Source of the DNA: Bacillota bacterium
Lineage (GTDB): Bacteria > Bacillota > Clostridia > Peptostreptococcales > Anaerovoracaceae
Assembly: GCA_017523605.1 (NCBI GenBank)
Contig: JAFWVZ010000092.1
Location: forward strand, 1-30,494
Direction of reading: 5' to 3'
Length of the DNA stretch: 30,494 nt
Shown here: piece by piece, positions 9,067-18,930 of the stretch
Layout of the letters: each line of letters begins with the position of its first letter
Numbering within the stretch: the stretch's first letter is position 1
The notes under the pieces: model-generated
Told to the model about the DNA's origin: nothing
Seen by the model: the letters and a program-made list of their open reading frames with translations, nothing else
The model's database searches: none
Position numbers and translations under genes: made by a program

Positions 9067-10131
9067 TCAGCAGCCCAAATCCTTAAGGACCGCTATTGTG
9101 CGTGCCATTCCGCTCTCTATGTCGTATGCAGGCTTCCAGCCCAGCTTCATTAGTTTGTGTCCGTCCAGCCTTGCTTTGGTCGCCTTACTGTATCCCGCCG
9201 CTTCTACGGCGTCGGGTATTTCGAACACGACTTTTCTACCGCTTATTCCGGCAAGAACGGCGGCAAGATCCTTAAGCATTATGTCGCTGTGCTCTTCGGC
9301 TATGTTGTATGCTTCTCCGCTGCACCCCTTTAGGAGTATCGTAAGAAGACCGCTTACTGCATCCGCCATGTAGGTATAGCTGTAGAACTGCGTTCCTGCG
9401 GACTTGAGCACGATATCCTCTCCGGCGATGCATTTTTTTATGAACTGGCTTATTGCCTTCGTATCCGACATCTGCATGGTGGGACCGTAAGATCTGGTAA
9501 ATCTGGGGATCACCACATTCAGCCCTTTCTGCGCTTTATACGCTTGGCAGAGAGCCTCGCCGCAGCGCTTGCTCTCAGGATAGCCTGCTCTCATGGTATT
9601 GGAGTCGATGTATCCGCAGTAGCCCTCATCAAACAGTTCGACATCACCGCGGTTCTCGCCGTAGATCTCGTTGGAGGAAGCAAAAGCAAAACGTTCCGCA
9701 TCATGTCCGGCAGCAAAGTCCAGCATGTTCTGAAGACCTATGATGTTGGTGGTTATTGTACCGATCGGATCTGTGGAATACTGTACCGGATGGGTATTGG
9801 ATGCAAGGTGGAGAACGAAGTCCACTGTTCCTATGTCCTCGCATTCCAGCGGCTGATTTACATCATACGGGCGGAAGATAAGATGATCATCTTCTGTGTG
9901 CCTGCTGAACCTGCTCATCGCTTTGGCTTTGTTTCTTCCAAGGGCATATACTGTGCAGTTCAGACCGTCGGAGGCATCCTTCTCAAGAATCACATCCACA
10001 AGAAAACTGCCTAAAAGACCTGTAGCGCCGGAAAGCATAAGCTTCTTATCCTTAAGCTTTTCCCAGGGAAGATCCAGACTGCAGACGTTCCGGACATCTT
10101 CCATATAAAGAGCATTGTCGTAAAGACTCAT
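9067..10131 (-). CDS. Extended SDR (NAD-dependent epimerase/dehydratase family), probable CDP-ketose/CDP-alditol reductase
   Basis: GATGLLG Rossmann motif, SSNEIYG, YPESK (YxxxK); coupled to the IspD-like gene. Confidence 0.8.
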   Translation of the reverse strand: MSLYDNALYMEDVRNVCSLDLPWEKLKDKKLMLSGATGLLGSFLVDVILEKDASDGLNCTVYALGRNKAKAMSRFSRHTEDDHLIFRPYDVNQPLECEDIGTVDFVLHLASNTHPVQYSTDPIGTITTNIIGLQNMLDFAAGHDAERFAFASSNEIYGENRGDVELFDEGYCGYIDSNTMRAGYPESKRCGEALCQAYKAQKGLNVVIPRFTRSYGPTMQMSDTKAISQFIKKCIAGEDIVLKSAGTQFYSYTYMADAVSGLLTILLKGCSGEAYNIAEEHSDIMLKDLAAVLAGISGRKVVFEIPDAVEAAGYSKATKARLDGHKLMKLGWKPAYDIESGMARTIAVLKDLGC

Positions 10132-10142
10132 TTCGTTATCCT

Positions 10143-10859
10143 CTACTTCAGCCAGTTATCTTTATCCGATTTAAGATATGCCTTAAACATCTCCAGGTCG
10201 TCTTTGGTGGTAAGCTTTATGTTCTTGTCCGACCCGGCTGCGAAATACAAACGCACGCCCAGTTCTACCATCATCGTATTGGTATAGTGCGATCCGTAGA
10301 TGCCTATGCCCTTTTCGTACGCTTCGTGATACTTTGAATCCAGAAGATCGAATCTGTAAGCCTGAGGAGTGGATACTCTGCGGAGCGTCTCCCTCGGTAT
10401 GAACTTCGTGGTGCTTATCTCGTCGTCGATCACGAATATCTGCTCGTTGTACGGAAGCGATGTTACAGCGTTCCCGTATTCCTGCGCCTTGCGTATTACA
10501 TCGGTCAGAACAGTCTCATCGACCAGCGGTCTTATTCCGTCGTGGATAACGATGATGTCGCCGTCGGCAGCCTTACCTTCCAGGTTGTATACGCCGTTGC
10601 GGATGGATTCCTGACCGGTAGCTCCGCCGGAAACGATCCACTTAAGCTTATCGATGTTGAACTCCTTTGCATAAGCACGGAGAATGTCGTGCCAGCCGTC
10701 CAGACAGACCACTTCTATGGCATCGATCATCGGATGTTTCTGAAAACCTTCCAGTGTGTAGATCAGTATGGGCTTGTCATATACGTTGATGAACTGCTTG
10801 GGTATGTCCTGCCCCATTCTGGTACCGGATCCTCCGGCAATTATTACTGCAATAGTCAT
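10143..10859 (-). CDS. IspD/TarI-family cytidylyltransferase (alditol- or ketose-phosphate)
   Basis: IAGGSGTRMGQDIPKQF, IHDGIRP, TPQAY, NIKLTT; TAATG overlap with wzx. Confidence 0.88.
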   Translation of the reverse strand: MTIAVIIAGGSGTRMGQDIPKQFINVYDKPILIYTLEGFQKHPMIDAIEVVCLDGWHDILRAYAKEFNIDKLKWIVSGGATGQESIRNGVYNLEGKAADGDIIVIHDGIRPLVDETVLTDVIRKAQEYGNAVTSLPYNEQIFVIDDEISTTKFIPRETLRRVSTPQAYRFDLLDSKYHEAYEKGIGIYGSHYTNTMMVELGVRLYFAAGSDKNIKLTTKDDLEMFKAYLKSDKDNWLK

Positions 10860-12382
10860 TACGACTGCTCCTTTCCCTTTAACATGCTGCGCACTATTTC
10901 TATGTGCCGCTTTATTTTCCTGCCTTCAAAGGCATAATTTACTATCAGGAACAACAAGATGCTTACAACGAACATCATCAGTCCGCTTACAAAGAACCCG
11001 CCCCATGTCGACGCTGTAACTCCGATCTTGACCGAGATGAAAACTATCAGAGCCATAACGACAGCGTTTCTGATCAGCCTTGTAAAAGTGATCTTAAGTA
11101 CTTCGTGCTCAAAGAACCTTTTGCTGTATATGATCGAATCTATCGTCCTGTATGCGTAAGAGCATATGGTGCCTATCACCGCGCCGGCTATGCCGTATCT
11201 GAATATGAGGGCAAGCGTAACACCCAGGTTTATCACTGCTTCGGCAAATGCTCTCCACTGGGTCTGTTTATAATGACCTGCAGCGCATATCATGGAGAGT
11301 GCAGGGATCCTTATGTTCTGTATCAGTCCCATCATTACGAACAGGCCGGCAAGCCCGCGGCGTACGTATTCAGCGTCGCTTACGGAAGCTGTATAAATGC
11401 CCACGAAAGGCAGCAGAAGTACATACATGCAGGTGTAGACCGTAAAGATCAGAACGAAGTATAAAAACTCGAAACTGTCGAACGTATCCCTTAATTCATC
11501 CTTCCTGTCCATTACCAGCAGTTTGCCGAACGTGGGCGTGATCGCACCTGACAGCGAATTGGCCAGTGAAGTAAACATGTTGGCCGCCAAAGCGTACACA
11601 TAATAAACGCTCGCCTCTGTAAGAGATCTGGAACCAAGACATACCGTTATAAGTATTATGTCCGTATTATTGCATACCACGCCTACTATCTGATGGAAAA
11701 GCGCGCTCCATCTTTGCGGCAATGCATTCTTTTCCGTTTTTACATCAAATCTGATGTTATCATAATGTCTTCGAACATATATAACGATCAGCACCGTCCT
11801 GCAGGCATAGATGACGGTGGCTGCCAGCTTAACGAGCACCACGCTCTGTCCTGCAAGCATAAGCGCTATCGAAACTGCAATGTTCAGGATCGTTCCGATG
11901 CTTTGTATGTTGTTTAAAACGGATATCCTCTGATCCGCCGAGAGCAGCACCCTGTACTTCCCGAGAATGAAATAATCGATAAGATTGCTTCCGGCAAGGA
12001 CTATGATCATAAGTATCGACGTGGTACGGTCTACCTGCTCGCTTATTATTGCCGGATACAGCAGCACTAACAGAGCTAAAAGAACAACATACAGTATGCC
12101 GGACTGAAGATAAAACTTTTTTGCCGCACTGAGGACATAATTGCGCGACAGATCGTCCTTTTCTTCGAGAGGCTTGTACAATTCGACTATGGCCGACGCG
12201 CTTATTCCGGATTCCACCAGCGCCAGATACGAAAGGAACTGCGTGATGGAAGACACCATGCCGTTGATCGCGGAACCATAGCAGGAAATGAAATAGTGAG
12301 GCAGTATGATGCCTGACAGGGCCGTTACCACTTGCAGAACTATGCTCGATATTAAATTATTGATCGTTCTTTTTGATGTCAT
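10859..12382 (-). CDS. wzx: Wzx-type repeat-unit flippase (MOP superfamily)
   Basis: 507 aa with many TM segments; YGSAINGMVSSITQFLSYLALVESGI and LYKPL N-terminal pattern of Firmicute polysaccharide transporters. Confidence 0.85.
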   Translation of the reverse strand: MTSKRTINNLISSIVLQVVTALSGIILPHYFISCYGSAINGMVSSITQFLSYLALVESGISASAIVELYKPLEEKDDLSRNYVLSAAKKFYLQSGILYVVLLALLVLLYPAIISEQVDRTTSILMIIVLAGSNLIDYFILGKYRVLLSADQRISVLNNIQSIGTILNIAVSIALMLAGQSVVLVKLAATVIYACRTVLIVIYVRRHYDNIRFDVKTEKNALPQRWSALFHQIVGVVCNNTDIILITVCLGSRSLTEASVYYVYALAANMFTSLANSLSGAITPTFGKLLVMDRKDELRDTFDSFEFLYFVLIFTVYTCMYVLLLPFVGIYTASVSDAEYVRRGLAGLFVMMGLIQNIRIPALSMICAAGHYKQTQWRAFAEAVINLGVTLALIFRYGIAGAVIGTICSYAYRTIDSIIYSKRFFEHEVLKITFTRLIRNAVVMALIVFISVKIGVTASTWGGFFVSGLMMFVVSILLFLIVNYAFEGRKIKRHIEIVRSMLKGKEQS

Positions 12383-12389
12383 ACTGCTT

Positions 12390-13307
12390 TCAGGCAGTTG
12401 CCGCCTCGTCTAAGAGATCCAGCAGCTCACTGCTTTTTATCTCGTCCATCTTTCTGGCAAAAAGGCATCCGGAGCTTATAAGAAGATCGAAGTCCTCACC
12501 CGTCCAGACATATGGATTCCCCCTTTTCCAGTCGATCGCCCTTTTTATAGCGATCTCGGCTTTGTTTATCGTTCCGTGATCTTCGCGGTCCATATCGCAT
12601 AGCGCGGATCCAGAGATGTTTTTTTCTTTTTGATATATGCGGAACAATGTCTGGAAAAACATCTCATCCGCGCAAAAAGTGCTTCTGTACTTCTTTTCCC
12701 ATACTGGCCAGTTATTTACTATCCAGCAGGCAAAATCTCCGGTAATGTCGAAAAACGCAGACCCGAAGCCCACTTCTTCCGGTATCTTTCTGTATATTTT
12801 CAGCATTACCTGAACTTTATTCAGGGCTCTCTGAACGTAATACAGAAGACCACCGTCCCTGCCCACCTTTTCCTGGAATGGATACCACAGAGCAAGTCTG
12901 TCGAGATGACTTGCAGTTTCATCATCTTTATATGATATGTAATTCACTTCCGGGGTCTCATCGTAGGACCTGAGTATCTCTTCTGTTCCGCATAGCGGAT
13001 AATCCTGACCGGAAATGTAATGATAGTAACTGTATCTCCCGTTTTTACACGCGTGCTGCAGCAGGATCATTTCTGCTTTTATTGTACTGAATGATCCCCA
13101 GGAAACACTTATCCTGCGAGTAAGAAACAGTCTGGAATGCATCAGTTCCGGCAGATCCTCCGCAGACAGAGGAGATTTTCTGTCCAGATGCAGATAGATA
13201 TCCACCCTTTCGTTGTCCAGTCGTTTAAGCAGCCTTGCAAGGAGCTCCTTCTGGGTATGGGCCATTATGAGGAAAGCATGTTTTCCGGCATTTGCTTCGT
13301 TTCCCAT
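12390..13307 (-). CDS. GT14 (core-2/I-branching family) glycosyltransferase
   Basis: HAFLIMAH, YLHLDRK, WGSFS, YYHYISGQDYPL, CADEMFFQT, IDWKRGNPYVW, LFARK. Start set at ATG 13307 (GGAGG 6 nt upstream). Confidence 0.88.
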   Translation of the reverse strand: MGNEANAGKHAFLIMAHTQKELLARLLKRLDNERVDIYLHLDRKSPLSAEDLPELMHSRLFLTRRISVSWGSFSTIKAEMILLQHACKNGRYSYYHYISGQDYPLCGTEEILRSYDETPEVNYISYKDDETASHLDRLALWYPFQEKVGRDGGLLYYVQRALNKVQVMLKIYRKIPEEVGFGSAFFDITGDFACWIVNNWPVWEKKYRSTFCADEMFFQTLFRIYQKEKNISGSALCDMDREDHGTINKAEIAIKRAIDWKRGNPYVWTGEDFDLLISSGCLFARKMDEIKSSELLDLLDEAATA

Positions 13308-13309
13308 GG

Positions 13310-14404
13310 TCATCCTCCCAGCCTGTCTATCAGACTGCACCATTTATCCAGTATCGAATGTTTTCTGAACTGATCCATGTTGTCGTAAGCATGATCGGAC
13401 AAACGCTTCCGCAGTCCTGTATCGTCCATCAGTTCTTCGATCTTTTCCGCCATGGCACCGGTATCGTACGGAGGTATCAGATAGCCGTCTGTCCCGTCCT
13501 GAATTATCTCTCCGGGGCCGGTAATAATGTCGAAGCTTACTAGCGGAAGCTTATAGCTTTTTGCCTCGAGCAGCACCAGCGGAAGGCCCTCTCTGTAGGA
13601 CGGCAGCACCAGCAGCGCTGCATGAGCATATTCGTAAGTAAGATCTCTTTTTTCTCCTGCAAGGATCAGCTGTCCGCCGAGCTGCCTGCGATCCACTTCA
13701 CGGCTGATCTCATCGAATGTATCGCCGTTTCCGTATACCGCCCATTTCCAGTCAGTATGCCCGGGCAGTATCTTTTCGGCAACATCCACCATCAGATCGT
13801 ATCCTTTTTCCTTGCCGAAACGTCCTACCGACAGTATGGTCTTCGAGCATTCGTCGTATACGGCATCCGGGTCGTAGAGCTCCTCCTCGATCCAATTGTA
13901 TATGCACGAGATCTTGCTTTCTCTCAGATGGAAATGCTCTATGTAATCTCTGCGGGAACGCTCCGTAAGGACCACCGTATGATCGCACAGAAGAGTAGAT
14001 ATCCTTCTTATGGTTCTGATATCCTTATCCTTGTACTGACTCATGAACGATCCGTGATCGCAGAACACCATTTTAGTCTTTACGAACGGACTTACGGGGG
14101 AACAGAGCATTCCGCTGTAATTACCTTCTATTAAGGCAACATCGATCTTGCCCTGTTTAAGGAACTTCCTCAGTGCGCCGAAAGTGCAGCGGGCCTGAGT
14201 CCTGAGCCTGTCGGCCGGTACGTTAAGAGATGCCGTCCGTACGTTTTCCGCGAATACGTACGCAGGGTGTGCATCGGCGCTCGTTAACGACAAAAGAGTT
14301 ACATCATAGAAGGCCGACAGTTCGTTGGCAACGTTGACTGCGACCTTTTCTGCTCCTCCGAGTATGGATATGTCGTAGACTATTACAGCAAGTTTCTTAC
14401 GCAT
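13310..14404 (-). CDS. GT4 glycosyltransferase
   Basis: GGAEKV, VGRFGKEKGYD, LPSYREGLPLVLLEAKS (E-x7-E). Confidence 0.92.
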   Translation of the reverse strand: MRKKLAVIVYDISILGGAEKVAVNVANELSAFYDVTLLSLTSADAHPAYVFAENVRTASLNVPADRLRTQARCTFGALRKFLKQGKIDVALIEGNYSGMLCSPVSPFVKTKMVFCDHGSFMSQYKDKDIRTIRRISTLLCDHTVVLTERSRRDYIEHFHLRESKISCIYNWIEEELYDPDAVYDECSKTILSVGRFGKEKGYDLMVDVAEKILPGHTDWKWAVYGNGDTFDEISREVDRRQLGGQLILAGEKRDLTYEYAHAALLVLPSYREGLPLVLLEAKSYKLPLVSFDIITGPGEIIQDGTDGYLIPPYDTGAMAEKIEELMDDTGLRKRLSDHAYDNMDQFRKHSILDKWCSLIDRLGG

Positions 14405-15854
14405 TTTTCCTCTTTGTGCTGCCGGAGCGGTACTTGATGCGTCCGCTCAGAAACCATGACATTACGATTATTACCAGGAAGAGGAATATTGAATAGATCC
14501 TGAATATGCCTCCTATGAAGGCATCAAAGCTTCCTCTTGGTGCAAGGAACAGATAGTACATCATGGCCAATGCTATTCCTCCCAGCAGCTTGTTTCCCTT
14601 CTCCAGCCTGCTTATCCTGCTGAGCGCGAACCCGTAGAACAGGCTTCCGGCCGCTACTCCTACAGCGCCGAAATCATGGAACAGTTCAGCGATGTACGAA
14701 CTGCCGGTGCCCATGCCGCTCAGGTATCCGTTTCCGTAAGCTATCCATGACAGTCTCGCTGAAAGATCGTGACCGGCCATTGCTCTCGCTACGGAGTTGC
14801 CAGAGAAGGTCTCGATACCGAACAAAGCTCTGGAGATGAAATTCTCGAACACAGCGGAATACGTACCGCTCAGAGATACAAGATGCATGTCCTGGAGCTG
14901 CTCGGCATTGTAGATGGTACGCCTTATGGTATTGATGCTTCCTCCCTGCTGGTCGAAGAATGTAATTACTGTCTCTCCCGTGCTCTTAAAATCGAAAGCC
15001 TTTCCCTGCCTGATCGAGTCGTAGGCGGTGAAAAGTATCATAAGAACGGGTATGGCGATTATGACATAGGCATAATATCTCTTTTTGATCCAGCCTTTTT
15101 CTTTCCTGTTGCGGATGAACATGTAGGAAAGCACGAACATGCTTATGCCTATGAACGGATACCTCTGTCCAGTAAATACTGTAAGGACCCCGTATATCTC
15201 GTAAAGTACAAGCGCGCGCATAGAAGCCTTCTTCGACGGGAACGTAGCAAGATAAAGGCTCAGGGCTACCGGAGCGAAAGATGCGAAATAGCTCACGAAC
15301 GTCGGGACACCAGCACCTCCGGCCTGTGTGGTGTAGGATGCAAGATAACCTACCCGGCGCACGTAAAGAACATGAAGGATCACCGAAGCCACAGAAAAGA
15401 CGTAGCATACATAGAACATTATCTTGCATGCAGTGGAATAGTTGCGGCCGTAATCAGGATTATCCAGAAACGACTTCCATCTTGATGTTCCTTCGGCCAA
15501 CCTGACCTTGTACGAGCCTATTCTGGAACCGATGCACAGAAAGACCAGCGCTGTAATAAGTAGAGTGTAAGTCTGATCGTTCGTTACATCCAGATAGGTG
15601 TATACTTCTTTTCTTTCAAACAAAGAATAAACTACCTGGCGGCCCAGCAGAAACACGAAAAAGCTGATCATGAAGCAGAAGAACGCAATGTTGTCACCGA
15701 GATTAGCCAGATAGACAATGAACGCGGCTGCCCAGATCAGCAGACATACCGTAAGCAAAGTGTCGAAATGGTACGTTAAAGACAGTACCAGCACCAATAC
15801 TGTTACTATTGCAGCAGCCGCTATTGTCTTTGCGTGTACCTTCAGTGAACTCAT
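14397..15854 (-). CDS. wzy: Wzy polysaccharide polymerase
   Basis: 485 aa polytopic protein; TGQRYPF, FFDQQGGS, GTGSSYIAELFHDFG patterns of the Firmicute O-antigen polymerase family; located among GTs. Confidence 0.82.
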   Translation of the reverse strand: MSSLKVHAKTIAAAAIVTVLVLVLSLTYHFDTLLTVCLLIWAAAFIVYLANLGDNIAFFCFMISFFVFLLGRQVVYSLFERKEVYTYLDVTNDQTYTLLITALVFLCIGSRIGSYKVRLAEGTSRWKSFLDNPDYGRNYSTACKIMFYVCYVFSVASVILHVLYVRRVGYLASYTTQAGGAGVPTFVSYFASFAPVALSLYLATFPSKKASMRALVLYEIYGVLTVFTGQRYPFIGISMFVLSYMFIRNRKEKGWIKKRYYAYVIIAIPVLMILFTAYDSIRQGKAFDFKSTGETVITFFDQQGGSINTIRRTIYNAEQLQDMHLVSLSGTYSAVFENFISRALFGIETFSGNSVARAMAGHDLSARLSWIAYGNGYLSGMGTGSSYIAELFHDFGAVGVAAGSLFYGFALSRISRLEKGNKLLGGIALAMMYYLFLAPRGSFDAFIGGIFRIYSIFLFLVIIVMSWFLSGRIKYRSGSTKRKNA

Positions 15855-15857
15855 CTA

Positions 15858-16856
15858 TCACCCTTTGCCCGGTGACGGCGTAGAATAATTCTTTTTAATA
15901 TACTTGAGCGCGAGGCTCTCATACGCTCTGCTGCTGAACATAAGCACCAGAGCCGCTATCTTTCTTGCTTTTCTGAAGTACGGATTGAATACGACGCGGA
16001 AAGTATTCCTCTTCAGAAAACGCATCATCTCTTTTTTCTCTTTCCGGTCCGCTTCCGAAAGCGTATCGGACTGGAGCATGTATTCCAGGACCCAGTAATA
16101 CGACCAAAGATACCTGTACTCCGCGGCTTTGCGCAGCTGCGGATAAGCCGCGACTACAAGTTCCATGTTGTTTTTATTTGCCTCTATGAGGCTTTTGACA
16201 GCAGGTCTGTACCTTTTGGTCGTGATGCTGTTTTCCCTGTGGATGTAGTGATATTTCGGCTTCAGATCGTAGACGACCTTTTTTGCGCGCATGATCACCG
16301 GAACGGTAGTGTGCGCATCTTCGTAAAGTTTTCCTACAGGAAATCTTACCTCGTCGAACAGTTCCTTTTTGTATATCTTGTTGACTGCGCTTACAGGGAC
16401 CTCTGTCAGTTCCAGCCTTACGGCATCGTAGGTGTCTGCAGTGCAGTAACCTATGCGGTCTTCTGTAACAGTTACCTTTTCGGTGTAATGCTGGTAAAAG
16501 CCGCATACCGAAACATCTGCATCCTCTTTTACAAGAGCGTTATACAGAGTCTCGATCATGTCCTCATCGACATAATCGTCACTGTCTATGAATGCTATAA
16601 GATCAGCCTGCGCAGCATCTATTCCGTGATTCCTGGCATCGCTCAGTCCGCCGTTCTTTTTATGGATCACCCGTACTCTGGGATCTGCGTCGGCGTATCC
16701 GTCGCACATGCGTCCGCAGCCGTCGGGAGAGCCGTCATCCACAAGAATGATCTCTATGTCGCGCATGCTCTGCGAAAGAAGCGACTGCACACATTTATCA
16801 AGATATTCTTCGACCTCGTAGACCGGAACTATTATGGAAACGAGGGGTCTTTGCAT
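15858..16856 (-). CDS. GT2 glycosyltransferase
   Basis: VSIIVPVYEVEEYL, ILVDDGSPD, NGGLSDARN, FIDSDD, GKLYED. Start set at ATG 16856 (GGAG 6 nt upstream); GTG 16877 is the alternative. Confidence 0.92.
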   Translation of the reverse strand: MQRPLVSIIVPVYEVEEYLDKCVQSLLSQSMRDIEIILVDDGSPDGCGRMCDGYADADPRVRVIHKKNGGLSDARNHGIDAAQADLIAFIDSDDYVDEDMIETLYNALVKEDADVSVCGFYQHYTEKVTVTEDRIGYCTADTYDAVRLELTEVPVSAVNKIYKKELFDEVRFPVGKLYEDAHTTVPVIMRAKKVVYDLKPKYHYIHRENSITTKRYRPAVKSLIEANKNNMELVVAAYPQLRKAAEYRYLWSYYWVLEYMLQSDTLSEADRKEKKEMMRFLKRNTFRVVFNPYFRKARKIAALVLMFSSRAYESLALKYIKKNYSTPSPGKG

Positions 16857-16877
16857 CTTCTGCTCCACTTTATACAC

Positions 16878-17759
16878 TCATCGCCCGGAAACAGCCTCGC
16901 CGGATCCGTCCTTGCAATAATATACGCCTTTATATTCCAGGTACGATCTTTCGGTATCGATGAATACCGCATCGTGCCCCGGTACCTGCTTTTCTTTCGG
17001 GGGAGGCGTCATGTAGTCTCCGAAAGCGATCCTAAGGTACTGATCGTAACCCACGGGAATAGGCATCTTTGTATCTTCGAAAACATGATATACAGCTTCC
17101 GCAAAGCATTCCTTAGGATATCTGTTCTTAAGGTAATGGGGACCGGCGCATATCTCCGTAATGGCATCGCAGTCGCGTATGCTGTACTTGGTCATATGCC
17201 TTTCCGCAGCCCTCCAGATCTTATATCTGGTCTTAGGGCTCCTTACTAAGGACAGCCCTATCCTGCCGGCAAACGCCGCAAGACCGCCGTGGTTCTCCGG
17301 TACCAGCTGAGCACAGTACAGCTGATAGATCAGCGCCCAGAACACCTGGATCTTGCGTTTGAGCCTGCTGTCCGGATATCCGTCCAGAGGGAATATGTCC
17401 AGAGCCAGACCGTGAGGTATGTCCATGTCTTTCTGGCTGGGCTTGATCATGGTAGTATTCTTGTCTCTGAGCGTGATGTACATGCTGTGATCGTTGTATT
17501 CTTCGGTAGGATACAGCAGTACGTATCTGTCAGTATCTTTCCACAGTTTTTTAAGCTTTTCGTAGTCGTCACGCGGCATGAAGAAATCCAGGTCGTCGTC
17601 CCATGGGATAAAACCGTTATGCCTTACAGCGCCTATGCAGCCTCCTCCGCAGAAATAGCAAAGCAGGCCGTTTTCCCTGCAGAAGTCCGAAAAGACTTTA
17701 GCAAGTTCCAGACAGCGCTTCTGTACGTTTTTCAGTAGTTCGTCAGTGTATATCTGCAT
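16878..17759 (-). CDS. LicD-family phosphotransferase
   Basis: GGGCIGAVRHNGFIPWDDDLDFFMPR, LDIFPLD, IPVGYDQYLRIAFGDYMTPPP. Alternative GTG start at 17792. Confidence 0.92.
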   Translation of the reverse strand: MQIYTDELLKNVQKRCLELAKVFSDFCRENGLLCYFCGGGCIGAVRHNGFIPWDDDLDFFMPRDDYEKLKKLWKDTDRYVLLYPTEEYNDHSMYITLRDKNTTMIKPSQKDMDIPHGLALDIFPLDGYPDSRLKRKIQVFWALIYQLYCAQLVPENHGGLAAFAGRIGLSLVRSPKTRYKIWRAAERHMTKYSIRDCDAITEICAGPHYLKNRYPKECFAEAVYHVFEDTKMPIPVGYDQYLRIAFGDYMTPPPKEKQVPGHDAVFIDTERSYLEYKGVYYCKDGSGEAVSGR

Positions 17760-17779
17760 TCTTTGTGTGTTTTGCGGGA

Positions 17780-18895
17780 TCAGTATTCCCACGCTTCATA
17801 TCTTCCGGTCTCAAGTATGTCCGCGATCCTTTTGCAGGCATGTCCGTCGCCGTAAGGATTGCACGCCTGCGACATCTTCTTGTACGAGTCGGGATCCTCG
17901 ATCAGCTCCGTAAACGCTCTGTAGATGTTCTCTTCACCGGTGCCGACCAGCTTAAGAGTTCCGGCAGCTACCCCTTCCGGTCTTTCTGTCGTATCTCTCA
18001 TCACCAGTACGGGAACACCGTAGGACGGACATTCTTCCTGGATGCCTCCGGAATCAGTAAGGCACAGGAAGCTTCTTGCTTCAAAATTATGGCAGTCGAA
18101 CACCTCTATAGGCTCGATTATGTGTATTCTGTCGCATCCGCCGAGCTCCTCTGCCGCAGCCTGCCTTACAAGAGGATTCATGTGGATCGGGTAGACCGCC
18201 CTGCAGTCTTCATGTTCGTCCAGGACGCGCCTAATGGCTCTGAACATGTGATGCATAGGCTCTCCGAGGTTCTCCCGTCTGTGCGCGGTAATGAATATGA
18301 GTTTGTTATCCCCCACCCACTCCAGCTCGGGATGAGTATAGTCCGCCTTAACGGTATGCTGCATAGCATCTATTACCGTATTTCCGGTAATGTATATCGA
18401 ATCAGGGTCTTTTCCTTCCCGTATCAGGTTCTCGGCAGCCAGCTTCGTGGGCGCGAAGTTGTATCTGCTTATTATTCCCACAGCCTGCCTGTTGAATTCT
18501 TCCGGATATGGGCTGTAGATGTTGTAGGTACGCAACCCTGCTTCAACATGGCCAACAGGGATCTTTAGGTAAAAGCACGCGAGCGCAGTAACGAAAGTAG
18601 TCGAAGTATCCCCGTGCACAAGGACTACGTCCGGGCTTACCTTTTCCAGAACGTCCTTTATGCGCTCCAGTATGCCTGCCGTGATGTCGAACAGCGTCTG
18701 CTTATCCTTCATTATGGACAGGTCGTGATCCGGAACTACATTGAACGTTGCAAGCACCTGGTCCAGCATCTGCCTGTGCTGTCCAGTTACGCATACCACG
18801 GTCTTTATTCCGCTTCTTTTTTTTAGTTCGTTTACAAGCGGGCACATTTTTATGGCCTCGGGTCTTGTACCGAACACTAATAATACTGTCTTCAT
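17780..18895 (-). CDS. wecB: Non-hydrolysing UDP-GlcNAc 2-epimerase (makes UDP-ManNAc)
   Basis: GTRPEAIKM, TGQHRQML, HGDT, HVEAGLRT, PEEFNRQ, HRREN, TDSGGIQEE, RDTTERPE. Confidence 0.96.
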   Translation of the reverse strand: MKTVLLVFGTRPEAIKMCPLVNELKKRSGIKTVVCVTGQHRQMLDQVLATFNVVPDHDLSIMKDKQTLFDITAGILERIKDVLEKVSPDVVLVHGDTSTTFVTALACFYLKIPVGHVEAGLRTYNIYSPYPEEFNRQAVGIISRYNFAPTKLAAENLIREGKDPDSIYITGNTVIDAMQHTVKADYTHPELEWVGDNKLIFITAHRRENLGEPMHHMFRAIRRVLDEHEDCRAVYPIHMNPLVRQAAAEELGGCDRIHIIEPIEVFDCHNFEARSFLCLTDSGGIQEECPSYGVPVLVMRDTTERPEGVAAGTLKLVGTGEENIYRAFTELIEDPDSYKKMSQACNPYGDGHACKRIADILETGRYEAWEY

Positions 18896-18930
18896 CCATC
18901 ATCACCTTACACCGGCGCAGCTTAAACAGG

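Noticed and set aside
10143-10859. IspD-like gene as the MEP isoprenoid pathway enzyme
   Set aside because: No ispF or other MEP genes nearby; translationally coupled to wzx and followed by an SDR.
16878-17759. LicD as a phosphocholine transferase
   Set aside because: No licA/licB/licC in the window, whereas a CDP-alditol-type gene pair is in the same operon. Not excluded if lic genes lie elsewhere.
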